Source: Camelus ferus (Eukaryota). Taken from it: a stretch of 64,000 nt of DNA. The stretch lies in NCBI RefSeq assembly GCF_009834535.1, contig NC_045707.1, positions 46,378,001 through 46,442,000 of the forward strand, written 5' to 3'. The notes under the pieces are model-generated. The model was given only the letters and a program-made list of their open reading frames with translations. It had not been told where the DNA came from and did no database searches. Shown here piece after piece: positions 12,500 through 26,901 of the stretch (its first letter is position 1; each line of letters opens with the position of its first letter). The translations under genes were made by a program, and so were the position numbers.

Positions 12500-12900
12500 T
12501 ACATACAGATGAATATTGTCCTCTTTGAAATGGACCCCTTTGAAAAGCTGTAGTCTAGTGATGCTGTTTTGCACAAAACAGTTGTGGAATCCCCTTTTAT
12601 AAATGGCTTCCTGGCTTGATAAAGTCATCTTTTGAATATCCTCCTGGTTAATAACCAAAGCATTATCGTTTAGGAGTAGATTTTATTTTTGGATAGAAAC
12701 AAAATCACTTAAATGTAAAGTATGTGATCAAGTTAAGTATGTTAACTTAAAAGCATTAAAAAAAAAGAAAAAACTCCAAGTATGTCTCTAATAAAATCAG
12801 GAAACCTATTTTCTTGGTTTATAAAGTGACTTAGAAGAGAAATCTTTCAACTTAAGATTCACAGTAAGCTGAGTATTTCCTTGTTAATTTCCAGATGTAT
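12500..12900. mobile_element. MARNA-like mariner remnant
   Basis: tattgtcctctttgaaatggacccctttgaaaagctg...gatgctgttttgcacaaaacagttgtggaatcccctttt resembles the MARNA consensus as recalled. Confidence 0.55.
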
Positions 12901-13566
12901 GCTGAAATAGTGTCTCCTTCATCTTTCTGCTCTAATGCCTACATTCTTATTGAGATTCAGAGTGCCAGCAACTTTTGTAGTGTTAGGAAGCAGAATTGGA
13001 GCATACCAGGAAATTACATGTATTCCTGGTTAGTCAGAAGAGTTGATGCTACATATATTCTTCAGACTGTTGTGTTGAACTATCATTGTAATATTTGATT
13101 GAACCTTAAGTTACTGTACTAAATATTCAAACAATCTTTTACCAACTTTGAATTCGTCCTATCTGACATTTAGGGGATTATTTTATATTTTGTTATAGAA
13201 TTAATTTTTTAAATCTAACTGTATTTTGAAATATGTGCTACGTTCTTAAATATTTTATTAAGTTCAGAGATCAAAAGTTTTGACATGCTATATACCTTTC
13301 TTTTATGAGAATCACTGAGGGAATAAGATTAATTGAATGGTAATTTGCTTTATTGGTACCTTCTCAGGGGTGTGCTAATTCTGTTTGGAGGATACTTGTA
13401 ATGAGAACTTTTCCAAGGTTTATTTATACTTCTGTTAAGCTTATTTTTACTTTTAGAATGACTCAATGTGAAACAATTTATAGTTATTTTTCCAAAAGTG
13501 ATTTTCGGAGTGAGTATAAATTTCATTTATAAATTTGTGGTAAATTACAATCTTCTTTTAATTTAG

Positions 13567-13698
13567 GAAGTGGAAAAGTATAGAGCTGGGTATAATAAAC
13601 TTCGCTATGAACATACATTTCTCAAATCAGAATTTGAACACCAGAAAGAAAAATTTGCACGTATTTTAGAAGAAGAAAAAATAAAATATGAATCAGAG
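13567..13698 (+). CDS. CEP83: CEP83 coding exon 4 ([23 protein letters not shown]...KIKYESE)
   Basis: atttag| acceptor, GAG|gtgagt donor, 132 nt, phase 0-0. Confidence 0.96.
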
Positions 13699-14779
13699 GT
13701 GAGTGATTGATTATACTAGTTGATTGTGCTAGTTTAGGTATTAGTCTTCTGGTCAGTAAAATTCTGTGATTATATATTTTTTGTAAATCTCCACTTAGAG
13801 TTGATTGTATAATTGTTTTATTAATTACTATTCAAGTGTTTGTCATGATTTTCATCTCCTCTACAGCAACATTTTTCTTGTGAATGTTCTTTTTTGGCTG
13901 TTAGATTTTCTTCTTTTCTTCCTTTATTTTGCCCCAATCAGTGGAGATAGACAAAGTGTCTTTCCACCCACAGAGACAGACTTCTCTTTGCAAACACAAG
14001 TTTGTCTGTGAGATTCCTTATTTAGCATTATCCCCCTCTAATTCTTGGAACCAAATCATATTCAGGAGAGCTCTGGTTGTAATCCCATGTTCCTTGTTTC
14101 CACTGATATAAACAAGGGGTTTATACCTTAGGGTGTGCCTATCTCCCTTGAGATGGTACCCCTCATCATCACTTTGTTCTTTCTGATATCTACAACTGCA
14201 ACATTGTCCTTTTGCTGCCTACAGCCTACCCCCCTATTCTGTATCAGTTATATTTGGTGGTTTTCTACTCATTTTGTGGTTCATCTCCTAATTTTGCCAA
14301 AAATGAGGTTTGTATTTCTTATTTTTTATGTTACTCTTAAGATAATTTTTCAAGATGGAAAGAGAGAAATACCAGTTTTGTACTGCTATATTCAAGTAAG
14401 AAATCTAATGCTAGTATAATTTGTTAAAAAAAATAGCTTGGTGTCTTTAGTTATGAGAATCATTCTATGTATAAACACATCTTCATTATATATATTTATT
14501 GCATTGTCTTTATTTGAAATTAAGAGTTAATATATACTCTCCTTCCTTTACCATTTACTAGTTAGATCAGACTGATTTATCTGTTAACACACTGTTCCAT
14601 GATTGATATGTAAGAAGCTAAATGAATTTTGGGTCATTTGAGTCCATTAATAACACAGTACCAGAAAACTATAAGCGTTTGTAATAGTCTTTTTCATTTA
14701 AAAATTATTTATGGCTTTAAATGATTTTTTTTCACAGATGATCTCACTTTTATAATAATCAGTGAAATGGGGCAGGAAT

Positions 14780-14900
14780 ATCTTATTTTCTTCATTTCAA
14801 ATGGAGACACTGAAGCACAGGTTAAGTGACTTGCCCAAGGTCTCACAGAAACTCAGCAGCCAAATTAACAGTAGAACTTAGGTACCCCAGCTCTCAACCC
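14780..14900 (-). mobile_element. MIR
   Basis: catttcaaatggagacactgaagcacaggttaagtgacttgcccaaggtc. Confidence 0.8.
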
Positions 14901-16799
14901 ACAGTTTTAAGTTTGAAATTACCAATGATTTGAAGTTGCCATACTAATTAGGGGCCATCTAACTGCTATAATTTTGTAGAGATCAGTTAATCTATATTAT
15001 GTATGATTATGAAAGATTTTAAATCTGTATTATGACACACTTAAAGGAACGGCATATAAAAATTTTCTTGTGGAAAAAAGGAATGATGAAGATTTCTAGC
15101 CTAAAATGTAGGTTTAGTATATCGGAGAGTAACTACTGAGGTTAGGGATAGTAGTGTTTTATTTTATACTTTTAAAATCTAATGTTGATATTTATCTGGT
15201 AATGATTATTTGTATTCTCTAGTTTCTTAGTTTTACTGCTTTTTTTTTTAAGAATGAAACCTGCTTCTGAAATCTGATGACTATTCTATTTTTCACCCAT
15301 GAAAGACCAAATGAGAGTCATTAAAATTTTTAAGGTGCCAGTGGTGTCATTAATTTTCTAATTGGAATGTCTTTTGACATTCTTAGAAATCTGAAGATAA
15401 ATGGCTGGCATAGAAGCCATGATTAGTAAAAGCTAGAAAAGCAAAACTTTCTAATAAGACCCACGTTCTTTCTTTTCTATTTCCCAGTTGATTATGCAGG
15501 AGCAATGTTAATTAGTGGATAATTGGGTATCTGCTTTCATTCCATCACTTATCTTTATACTGCTGTTTCTCTATACAATTAAAGTGAAAACTAGTGAGAT
15601 GATGTAGATCACGCAACAGAAGTAAAACTTCACAGTAAAGCCTACTCTTCCCGTCTATCAGTTTTATGGTTTTAACTGATGTAAAATATATTAGCATGAT
15701 GCACCAAGAATAATTGGATTTACTTGCATTAATTAAAGACGTACACAATACTTGTACATTTTCACTTCTACAGAGAAATAACTAAATGTTCTTTAGCGTG
15801 TTGGTTCTTAGGGGAATACTTGAGGCAGATTTCGTTAGTGTTTTCCTGAGAAGCATTCTAGGAATTCATATGTCCCTCTTGATATTCTGAATTTTTAAAA
15901 GTATATGAAAGAAGATATTTTTATGAAAAAGATAACATCATGATTTCTCAGTGCCTTTGGCTATATAAGTACGTATTATGTCTGGGTCTGTATACAGGTG
16001 AAATTCTGAAGTTGCATATATAGTTGTTATTCAGAAGAAGTACTATTGTGTTTTCATTTTATTAGGACTCTTAATTTTATATTCTGCAGAGTAATGAAGG
16101 ACAAGTACAAAGAGTTTTAGGTACAGGTGATTATTCTGGTTGACCAAATGAGTGAAAGAAGGAAAAATAATTCAGTGGAGAGGTTTTCAGTTCTCGAAAG
16201 AGGGGCAGTAAGTACAGCATCATGTGAACTGTCAGTGACACAATACAGAATGACAGGTCTCTGAGATTATTCCGTCATGCTTTCCAAACTGGCTGACCTC
16301 TGCCGTGGCTTGTCAGGGACTAGTGAGAAGCCAGAGTTCCTATGGCAAAAAGGAGAACTTTTTTGAGTCCCTGTTACCACATGCCGTTTTCTCCCTGTAG
16401 CACTGGTAGCGCGAAAGTGATAATGCTTCTGTGTTAGGTCCTTATCCTGACTCATATGTCAGTGAATACCATGAAACATCCCAAAACACTTCCTTTTTGT
16501 TCTGGTAGATTCTGAAGTTCTATCCGGAGTGCTGCTTTAAGCCCAGGTGGTTCCTTTATCAAAAATATTCCAAGTTCTCTGACTTGCACCCTTCTCAGAT
16601 CACTGAGCCACACTGCCATAGGCACAAGTCTCCCAGATTATTCTCTGGGATTGATTTTGGCAACCTTTTAAAAAAGGCTTTGTGAAATTTTACTCATTAA
16701 ACTTTTTTGTGTGAAGGCAGTTTAGAATATCTCAAAAATGTAACTTTGTGTGCGTAAAATTTTAAATGTTTTAGATATTCACTTAGCATAATATTGGGA

Positions 16800-16975
16800 A
16801 CTGACCTCTCTGTGACTCTCTGCATCAGTGTCCTCATCTGTAAAATGGTGTTATCAGCAGTACCTGTCTCAAGAAGTTTTTGTGAGAATTTAATAAATTA
16901 GTATCTGTAAAGTGCTTAGATAAGTAACTAGCACATAGTAAGCATTCAACAGATGCTAGCTGCTATTATCATTAT
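16800..16975 (+). mobile_element. MIR
   Basis: cagtgtcctcatctgtaaaatgg...tgtaaagtgcttaga...gcacatagtaagcattcaa. Confidence 0.85.
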
Positions 16976-18104
16976 TTAAAACTCCACATGCTTAAATTTC
17001 TTGAGTAGATGATCTTGTCCTTTACTTTAGCATGCTAGAGTTTTCAGTGTCGGGTCTGCACCCCCCACCTGCACCTCGCTGCCAACATTCTGACTGCTCC
17101 ACTTTCGGGTACTCTGGGCCGTAGCCTTTTCTGTCAGTCACAGTCAGTTATCTTTACCCCCATGACCAAGGTAACTCTTAGTGCCTGAAAAAGGCATGTT
17201 TTATTATCCCTGTTTTCTTGTTCAGTTTGAGTAGGAATTCTTCTAAAGATGCTGAGTGAACATCACCTCATTTTCCAGCAGTTCTTGTATCCCATCCCCT
17301 GATCCTTCCATGTCCATGTCTGGGGCAGGTACATAGTCACGGGGAGAAAGCAGTTCTTAGAATTGTCTTTCTCTGACTAGGAGAAAACAAGTCGTATAAG
17401 GAAAGGAGATGGTGACTTCTGAAGTGAAATTGAAATAAGAACTTCAAATCTGCAAATAATTTACATGCTCCCTTCTTCTTAGTGTAAATGAATGAGGATG
17501 TTTTTGTATTCCATCATTGATAAGGAAAAGTCAATTCAAAAAACATACAGGGAAAAGGGGAAATTTAGAATTAGGAATATTAAAAGATAAGCTAACTTTA
17601 TTTTATTTTATTTTATTTCTAAGTTGATTTTAAAAACAAAGATGTGGGAACTTGAAACTTCATGTGCAAAATGTTTACCATAATGCCTGACACATAAAAT
17701 ACTCAAATTAATGGTATTAGTGCTGTTAGTACCTGACAGCATTAATCAGAGTACTAGTTTTCATATTAAATATAGCAGATATATTAAAATAGATTTCAGA
17801 TTTGTAAATGAGAATCTACAGAATTTGAAGTGAAAGAGAGGCAAGATGCAAATTTATATTTAATTTATTGGGAAAAACAGTTTATATATAATTTCTTTGA
17901 ATTTTGTCAACAATCATAGAAGTTAGATAATTATTATTCCTATTTTATAAGTGAGAAGACACTCATTAATGAGAAAGCACTGAGAAATTGGTTCAAGTTT
18001 TGGACAGCCAGTAGGCAGAGGAGCCAAGAATCATATTTAGGTAGTCTGGGGTTTCTCTTCTTGCCAAAGTAGAGTAATATCTAGAAAATAGAACCAGAGG
18101 GAGT

Positions 18105-20665
18105 CTTAACTCATTCTATAAGGACAGTGTTACCTTAATACCTAATCCAAGCAAAGACATTACAAGAAGACTATAGACCAAACTCTCTCCTGAACAAAGA
18201 TGCAAGAATCCTCAATGAAATATTAGCAAATTGAAATCAACAGGGAGCATAAAAAGAATAATATACCATGAACAAGTCAGATTTATTCCAGGCATGCAAG
18301 TCAGTTTCAACATCAGAAAATGAATTAATGTAATTCATCACATCAATAAGCCAAAGAAGAAAAATTATATCTTATCAGTAGATGCAGAAAAGGCTTTTTG
18401 ATCAAATCCAACACTAATCCTTGATAAGAACTCTCAGCAAAATATGAATAGAGTGAAACTACCTCAACAAAGAACATCTATTAAAAAACCTGCAGCTAAC
18501 GTCACACTGAATGGTAAAAAGCAAAAAGCTCTCCCACTAAGATCAGGGAACAAGGCGAGGATATCACCCCATACAACTCCTTTTCAACATTGTACTGGAA
18601 GTCTTAGCTAATATAATAAGACAAGAAAAGGAAATAAAAGACATACAAATTTGGAAGGGAGAAATAAAACTGTCTTTGCTTGCAGATGTATCATTGTGCA
18701 GAAAATCTGAAATACTAAGCTACTGGAACTAGTCAGCTATTACAGTGAAGTTGCAGGAGAAAAAGTTAATATGCAAATGACCATCAGTTTCCTATATAAC
18801 AATAATGAACAAGTGGAATCTGAAATTAAAAACATTTTTTACATTAGCATACTCCCAATGAAATGCTTAAAAAATATATACAAGATCTATATGAAGATCT
18901 GATGAACAAAACTCTGAACATTTGATTAGAAGAATGAATGGAGTGATATTTCATGTTCAGGGAGAGGAAGACTTTATGTTGTCAAGATGTCTGTTCTTCC
19001 CAGCTTGGTCTACAGACTCAGTACAATTCCAATCAAAACCCCAGCAAGTTATTTTTTGGATATCAACAAGCTGATTCTAAAGTTTATATAGTGAGGAAAA
19101 AGACCTAAAATAGCCAATACAATATTGAAGAAGAACAAAGTTGGAGGACTGACTATAAAGGTACAGTAAGCAAGACAGCATCTGTTGGCAAAAAGAATAG
19201 ACAAATAGATCACTGGAATAGACCACAGAGTTGAGAAATAGACCCATACAAATACAGTCATCTGGTCTTTGACAGAGGACAAAAGACAACAGAGAAAAAT
19301 GGTCTTTTAAAAATGATGTTAAAACAACTGGATGTGCATATGCAAAAAAAAAAAAAATCCAGACGCAGACCATACAGCCTTCACAAAAATTAATACAAAA
19401 CAGATTGTAGACCTAAATGTAAAACTTAAAATTATCAAACTCCTAGAAGATAATGTAGGGAAAAACTTAGATGACCTTGGGTTTGGTGATGACTTAGATA
19501 TAACATTGAAGACGTGATACATGGAAGAAATAAATTAGATTTCATTGAAATAAATTTGCACCCTGAAAAGACACTCTCAAGAGAATGAGAAGAGAAGCCA
19601 TAGACTGGGAGAAAATATTTGCTCAAGACACATATGGTAAAGGACTGTTATCCACAATATACAAAGGACTGTTATCTAAAATACACAAAGAACTATGAAA
19701 CTCAACAATGAGAAAACAATTTGATTTTAAAATGGGCCAACAACCTTAATAGACATCTTACCAAAGAAGAGGTATATGACAATCATATGAAAAGACAATC
19801 AACATGTCGTTAGGGAATTACAAATTCAAACAACAGTGAGATACCACTACACAACTGTTAGAGTGGCCAAATCCAAGACACTGACAACACCAGTTGCTGG
19901 TGAGGATGTGGTACAACAGGACTTGAATGGTACAGCCTCTTTAGAAGATAGTTTGGCAGTTTATTACAAGACTGAACAGTCTTATTATGTGACCCAGCAA
20001 TTATACTCTTTGGTATTTACCCCACAGAGTTGAAAACTTATGTTTGCACAACAAACTGCACAGAAATGTTGCTAGCAACTTTATTCCTGATCCCCAAACT
20101 TGGAAGCAACCAAGATGCTCTCTAGTAGGTAAATGGTTAAATAAACTGTGGTACATCTGGACGATGATATATTATCTAGCCCTAAAAAGAAATGAGCTAT
20201 CAAGCCATGAAAAGATGTGGAGGACCTTAAATGTCTATTACTAACTGAAAGAAGCCAGTTTGAAAAGACAGGTTTCCAACTATATGACATTCTGGAAAAG
20301 GCAAAACTATGGAGACATTGAAAAGATCAGTGGTTGCCAAGGGTTAGAAGAGTGGGGTGCAATGAATAGGTGAGGCACATTGGATTTTGAGGGCACTGAA
20401 ATTGTTCTTTGTGATACTATAATGGTGGATACATGCCAGTATATGTTTGTCAAAATCCATAGAATGTACAGTACCAAGAGTGAACTATAACCTATGGACT
20501 TTTGGTCATAATGATATGTCCATGTAGTTTCATGAGTTGTAACAAATGTTCCATTCTGGTGTGAAATGTTGATAGTGGGGGAGTCTCTGGGTATGTGAGG
20601 ATAGGGCCGCTCTGTACTTTGTTAAATATTACTTGCACTTAAAACTGCTCTAAAATATAAAAACT
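18105..20665 (+). mobile_element. 5'-truncated L1 (L1MC1-like): ORF2 RT region to 3' end
   Basis: Decayed ORF2 (ORF-track 19332.. HTAFTKINTKQIVDLNVK, 19836.. MRYHYTTVRVAK) ending aaaactgctctaaaatataaaa. Confidence 0.92.
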
Positions 20666-20679
20666 AATTTTAAAAAATG

Positions 20680-21237
20680 ACTGGGTGTTCAAAGAAGCAG
20701 GAAAATTTATTTCATAATGGAGGAAAAGATCAATAGAAACAGACCTAGAAATTATAGAATAAGCAAAGTCATTAAGCCATTTGAATATACTCCATATGCT
20801 TAAAAAATTAAGGGAAACCTTGAACATAATGAAGAATGTGGAAAATATTTTTAAGAAAAGATTCCAATGCTGAAAAATACAATCTAAATGGAAAAGTATA
20901 CCTGAAGTAGATTAGACTCTGCAGAAGAAAAGATAATAGCTAAATTGAAGATACAGTGAGAGAAACTATCCAAGATGAGATACAAAGAGAAAAAAGACAA
21001 GAAAAAGATGGCTGTATCACATGGTGGGATAATATCAGATAATTGAACTCTGAAAGGAGACAGGGACAGTTAAAAAAAATTGAAGAAATAATGGCTCAAT
21101 TTCTAAGATTTCATGAAAAGTATAAATCCATAGATCCAAGAATCTCACTAAGCCACATGTGCAGAAAATTATACCAAGGCACATAGATTCAGATTACTTA
21201 AAACTAGCAATAAGAAAATCTTAAAAGCAGCCAAAAG
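20680..21237 (+). mobile_element. L1M ORF1 fragment
   Basis: A-rich ORF1-like sequence ending aagaaaatcttaaaagcagcc, a motif also seen at 22880. Confidence 0.65.
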
Positions 21238-24200
21238 ACTTCTGCTTTCAGGAAAATGGAGTAAATTGTACTTTTCCCAGTCCCTCCTGATAAGTAAAAC
21301 AAAAATCTCAACATTACATATAAAACAAACATAAGGCTCTAAAAGATGGAAGAAAGGTATATCAGGACGTTGGGACCCAAGGACTGACTGTAGTATGTTC
21401 ACTGGGTTTTCATTTTGCCTAATATATCCCAGGCTTGATGCTGAAGAAACTGGCTACTTGGTATAGACAATAAGAAGCCTGTTCTCTCTAGGCAAAGCCC
21501 TAGGAAAACAGCAGCCTAGTAGCCTATTGAGTTTAGATAATAACGGTTCTACTCCATCTAAATACTGTAGTAAAAACTGGTACCATGTCCACCCATACCA
21601 GCAAAGAGCAGTGGAGCACCTAGACTTCCCACTTTCCCCGGACTGTAATGAGGAACCCTAACTTCCAGCCAGGATAATACCAGAGAAGGTCAGGTAGGGA
21701 ACCAGGATGTATATCCTACCTTGGCAATAGCAAGGGCTTCCCCTACCCTTGCTATACTGGCATTGGAGATGACATTGGGAGCCTAGGTTTCTACCCTCAA
21801 CTGGCAGTAATTAGGTGCCCCACTTCTTCCCAACTTGGGTAGTGTCAGAGAAGTCCTAGTGCAGAATCAGGACTTTCACTATTGCCTACCCCTTGTAGTG
21901 TCAACAGAGGCCATACCTGACACTGTGGTGTCAGTGGAGGCCACATGGGGAGCAGTAATAAATCATTCTTTCTCCTGCTGTCTGGGGAATCACTAGACCC
22001 AGTGGGTCTAGTGGAGAGCTGAAACTCCCACTTTTCTTCAGCATGGGTGTCATGAGGATCCTTCCCCACCAAGGGTGTCACAGAGATGAAGTGGGTAATC
22101 TGGACTGCTACCTCTTCCTGGCATTAATGGGGCAGCAACATCTCATTACTTCCCCTGTTAGAGTGATGTCATAAAAAGCCTGGTAAAACAAACTTTAAAT
22201 GAGATCCATAATCTCGTAACACAATAACTAAAAAGTCCAAATTTCAATCGAAGATCACATACTGAGAACCTGAAAAATCTCAAACTAAATGAACAAAGGC
22301 AATTAATAGATGCTGATAACACTGAGATGGTAGACGTTAGAATTGTCCAACAAAGGTTTTAAAGTAGCTATGGTAAAAATTCTTCAATATACAATTACAA
22401 ATATGTTTGAAACAAATGAAAAAATAGTCTTAGCAAAGAAATAGAAATAGAGGGAGGACCAAATGGAAATTTTAGTATTAAAAATATGATCAAAACCCCT
22501 CCAAAAAAAAAAAGTCTCAGTTGCTGGGCTTACCAGAAAAATGGAGAGGGTAGAAGAAACAATCAGTGACCTGAAGACAGAACATTAGAAATGACCAAAT
22601 CTGAGCAAACTAAGAAGATGGATTTTAAAAAGAAATAAACACAGCCTCAGGTACCTGTGGAACTATAACAAAAGATCTAAGATTTTTGTCCTTAAAGGAA
22701 AAAAGGAAGTAGTGCTGGAAAAGTACTTGAAGAAATAAGGGCTGAAAACTCCCCCAAATTGGTAGGTACAAACATACAAATTTAAGCAGCTCTGTGAACT
22801 TTGATAATAGAATAAAGTCAAAGAAGTCCAGACAAAGAGACGTTCTAGTCAAACTTACAGAAACGATAGGAAAAACAAATCTTAAAAGCAGCAAGAGAGA
22901 AATAGAGGGAAAACAATTCTAAGACACTTATTATGAGAAACTATAGAGCCTAGAAGGAAGTGCCATGATATCATTAAGTGCTGAAAGTAAAGATGTGTCA
23001 ATTGATAATTCTATATCCAGCAAAAATATCTTTCAGAAATAAAAGGTCAATGAAGACATTTTTAGAAAAAAGAAAATAAGAGAATCTGTCACCAGTAGAC
23101 CTATTCCAAAGTTATGTCTAAGGGAAATACCCTAAACGGAAAGAAAAAACTTAAAGAAGGAATCTCAAAACATCAAGAAGGATAAAAGAAGACAGTAAGC
23201 AAACTGTGGGTATATACAGTAGACTTTCTTTTCCTGCATAAATTTTCTAAATTTTGTTAGATGGTTGAAGCAAAAATTGTAACACTATCTGATGTGGTTT
23301 TAAACGTATTTAGAGGAAATAAGACAATTATAAAACAAGAAGGGCAAAAGATTGTAAAGGGAGATAGTTTCTATACATCACTGTATATGCAGGTAAAATG
23401 ACCCTTTAGACTAGAAGCCATGTATTTATGATGTAATACCCAGAGCAACAACTGTGAACTCTGTACAGAGAGATACACTTAGAACATTATAGATAAATCA
23501 AAATGGAATCCTTTAAAGTGTTCAAGTAAACCATTGGAAAGCAGGAAAAAGAAAACAGAAATGTAAAACAGGAAGTGAAAAAAAATGAGAAAGCTATAAG
23601 CTATAGCATATTAATAGTCATAATAAATGTAAGTGGTCTAAAAATACCAATTAAGAGATGAGGATTTGCAGAATCGATTTTAAAATAAAAGACCTAACTG
23701 TATCCTGTCTACCAGAAACTTCAAACATAACAATATAGGTAGTTGGTAAGTAAAAGAATAGGAAAAGATACATCATGTCAGCATTAACTAAAAGAAGCAG
23801 GAGTGGCTATATTATCAGATAAAATAGACTTCAGAGCAAAGGAAAATACCAGAGGTAAAGATTATATGACAAAAAATATCAGTTCACCAAGAAGATACAG
23901 GAATATTAAATGTGTTTGAACCAAACAGAGTTGCAAAATATGTGAAGCAAAAACTGATAGAACTAAAAGGGAAATAGGCAAACCCACAGTTATTGCTAGG
24001 AACTTCACACCCCCCATCTCAACAGTTGATAGAACAACCAGAAAATCAAGAAGGATGTAGAACTCAACAATACCATCAACCAGAAGACTAATCAGCATTT
24101 ATAGAACACTTTGCCCAACAAGAGCACATAAACACATTCTTTTCAAATGGCCACTGAACGTATACCAAAACAGACAATATCCTGGGCCATAAACTAAGCC

Positions 24201-24770
24201 TCAGCAAATTTATAAAAGTTGAAATTATAGTGAGTTCTCCAGCCACTATAGAATCAAAGTAGAAACTATAACAGAAAGGGAGCAGAAAATCTTTAAACAT
24301 TCGGAAGTGAAATGACAAACTGCAAATAATTCATGTGTCAAAAGAGGATATTTCAGTAAAAAAATCAATGAAAAATAATTTTAAAAAATTTAACCTGAAA
24401 GAAAATGTAACTTATTAAAATATTTGGGACACAGCTAAAGCAGTGCTGAGAGAAAAATGTATAGCACTAAATGCATTTATTAGAAAAGAGGCAAAGTGTC
24501 AAATCAATAACCCAAGCTCCTACTTTAAAAGTCCCTAGAAAAAGAGGATCAAAATAAACCCAAAGCAAGCAGAGGGAAAGAAAAAAGATAAGAGCAGAAA
24601 TCAATAAAATTGAAAACAAAAACAATAGAGAAAATGTGTGAAACAAGGAACTGTTTATTTGAGAAGATGAAATTGACAAACCTCTAGCAAGACTGGCAGA
24701 AGACACAGATTGCCTGCATCAGGAATGAAACAGTATTACAACAGACCTCTCAGGCATTAAAAGGAGTATA
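21238..24770 (+). mobile_element. Old L1M 5' half: 5'UTR with internal monomers, ORF1, inter-ORF, ORF2 endonuclease; 3' half missing
   Basis: Repeated ...actttc(c/t)ac...ggcagtaatgagg...-like units at 21600-22150, ORF1-like 22200-23200, taaatgtaagtggtctaaaaataccaattaagaga (ORF2 start) near 23620. Confidence 0.85.
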
Positions 24771-24774
24771 CAAC

Positions 24775-24816
24775 AGGTCCTGGAATCAGTCCCGGTGGAT
24801 ACTGGGGGCCAATTGT
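24775..24816. mobile_element. MER2/Tigger-like terminal fragment
   Basis: ggtcctggaatcagtcccggtggatactgggggccaattgt resembles the MER2 terminus as recalled. Confidence 0.55.
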
Positions 24817-26901
24817 GTTTGCTTGTCTGCTAGATTCTCTAATGTATCCTTAGTACCTAGAACAGTGCCGGCCACATAGTAAATATTCAATAAATATTTG
24901 TTGCATGAATGAATAAGTGAATACAGAAATCAGAAAGCAATGATCACCAGTTTTGGTAGGAATGATTTGATAATGAGCTCTCTTTTAAGGAGTTAGTTGT
25001 GGATCTAATCCTGAATTCGCTATTAGCTAACTCAGTCCATAGCTTCAGCTGTCACTTCAGCTGTCACACAGATGCCTCTTAAAACTACTGAAGGAAACAA
25101 TAGCATAGGAAACATGCTGGTCAAGAACATTAGCTATCTGATCCCATATGTAAAATGAAGACAAGAGAAGTTAGTGTTACTAAATGCAGTATTATGTGTA
25201 GCATTTAGATCTGCGCTTGATCCGTATTAAGTACTCAATAAAGGGCGTCATTGATTGAACCTGAGCTTCATGTTCATGAGCTAGCACACCTCTAATATAA
25301 TACAGTAAAACTATATTTGAGTTTTCACCTGCAAAAGCTAAGTGATACCTTAAAGATCTTCCAGCCTGGCCCTTCATTTAACTGATGCCAGAGTGAAAAG
25401 TGACTTGCACAAAGTTACACAGCTAGTTGAAGGAAAAAGAATATGGAGAAACAAAGGTAGTTGGGGACCAAACCTTGGGGGTAATGTTAATGTAAAGGAT
25501 GGGAATAAAAAATAGGAGACAGTAATTAGTTGAGTTTCTGAGGGTTTGCCTCTGAATTTTACAGCTGCCTTCTACAATAAATTTTATTTTCTGGAAATAA
25601 ATGACATTTGCCTGCTGTGGATAGATCTACGTATATTTCCCATTGGTATGTTTAATTCAGCATGTCTAACACCAAATTGGAATCATTACATGTTAAAACT
25701 GAAAAGGATTTATTATACAGGGCCTCCAATCTAACCTCTCATTTTACAGATGAGGAAAACAGATTCTGCCCTGGGGTGGAAGGCTCACACTTCTTAGATT
25801 CATTTATAGCAATGTGAGCAATCAGTTGTCTCTTGGGCCACTTTTGCCCAGGTTGTAGAGCATTACTTTAAGTCCTTTTGGCTTAGAGTGAGCCTTCTAA
25901 GCTCATCTTGGCTGCAACAACCCCTGGTGGTGTTTATAACTGAATCTTTTAGGTTGAATCATTTGAAGAAGCCCCATACATAAAAAGAGATGGAAAAGAG
26001 GAGCTGCTGTGGTTAACAACAAAGATTTGTTGTTGGTGGTAGAGGGTGGGTTGTTGGGGAGATCAGGAGAGGGAAAGGATGTTTTACTCTGATTACTTGG
26101 CCCCCCTCATTCCTGGGGGTGAGGAGCCTCTGAAGTGCCTCCGAGGTTAGGAAGCAGTTTGAAATCCTCTGATTTGGAGGCACGTGAGATCTGGCAGTGA
26201 TGGCAGGAATGAGAAGACCACTGGTGTTTCTGCTCAAGTTCCCAGTGACTTGTCCACGTGCCCTGGAGTAATGATTTTCAGTTCTTTCTTGAATCTAAGA
26301 ATTAAGAACTAGGCTATCACTACAGCTAGGGCTTTAATCAACTCTCAGCTATCATTTAAAAACTCTCATCAGTCACATTTGTAGTTACTTACATGGACAA
26401 GCAGCTTTTTTTGTGAATTAAATTGCCTTGGAATAGCTGATTTTAATAGTATAGACATAGCCCATGAGTTACTGTCACATGAGGAGAAACTTAGCAGTTA
26501 TCAGCATATTGATCTTGCATAAACCCTTATAATGTTCTGATGAATTTTAAAATACTTGACATTTGAATTATTATTTTATAGTATTATTTATACTTTGAAT
26601 CTTAGCAACTGAGGAAGCTTATGCTGGACACCATGAGGAGACAGAGGGAAAATAGGAGAAGGTCCTTGCCCTCACATTTGAGTCATGCTGGGTACAGAAT
26701 GAAGAACGTGACATTTTAGGGTTTTTTTCCCACTTTACCAACTGAGATTTCTTTTCTACACTGTACAATTTTTTTTGGGGGGGATAGGTGATTTTTTTTT
26801 TTTCGTATTGTATAATTTTTAATTTTCTGACTTGGAAAACATGTTCATGACTGAAAATTTGGTAATTTAAAGTTGTGTGCTTTATTTCAAATTGTTATTA
26901 G

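Noticed and set aside
18105..24770. Intact or active L1
   Set aside because: Fragments are out of order, with many stops and frameshifts.
25043..25066. 12-bp tandem duplication cttcagctgtca x2 (E-box/MEIS-like)
   Set aside because: Ordinary microduplication with no supporting context.
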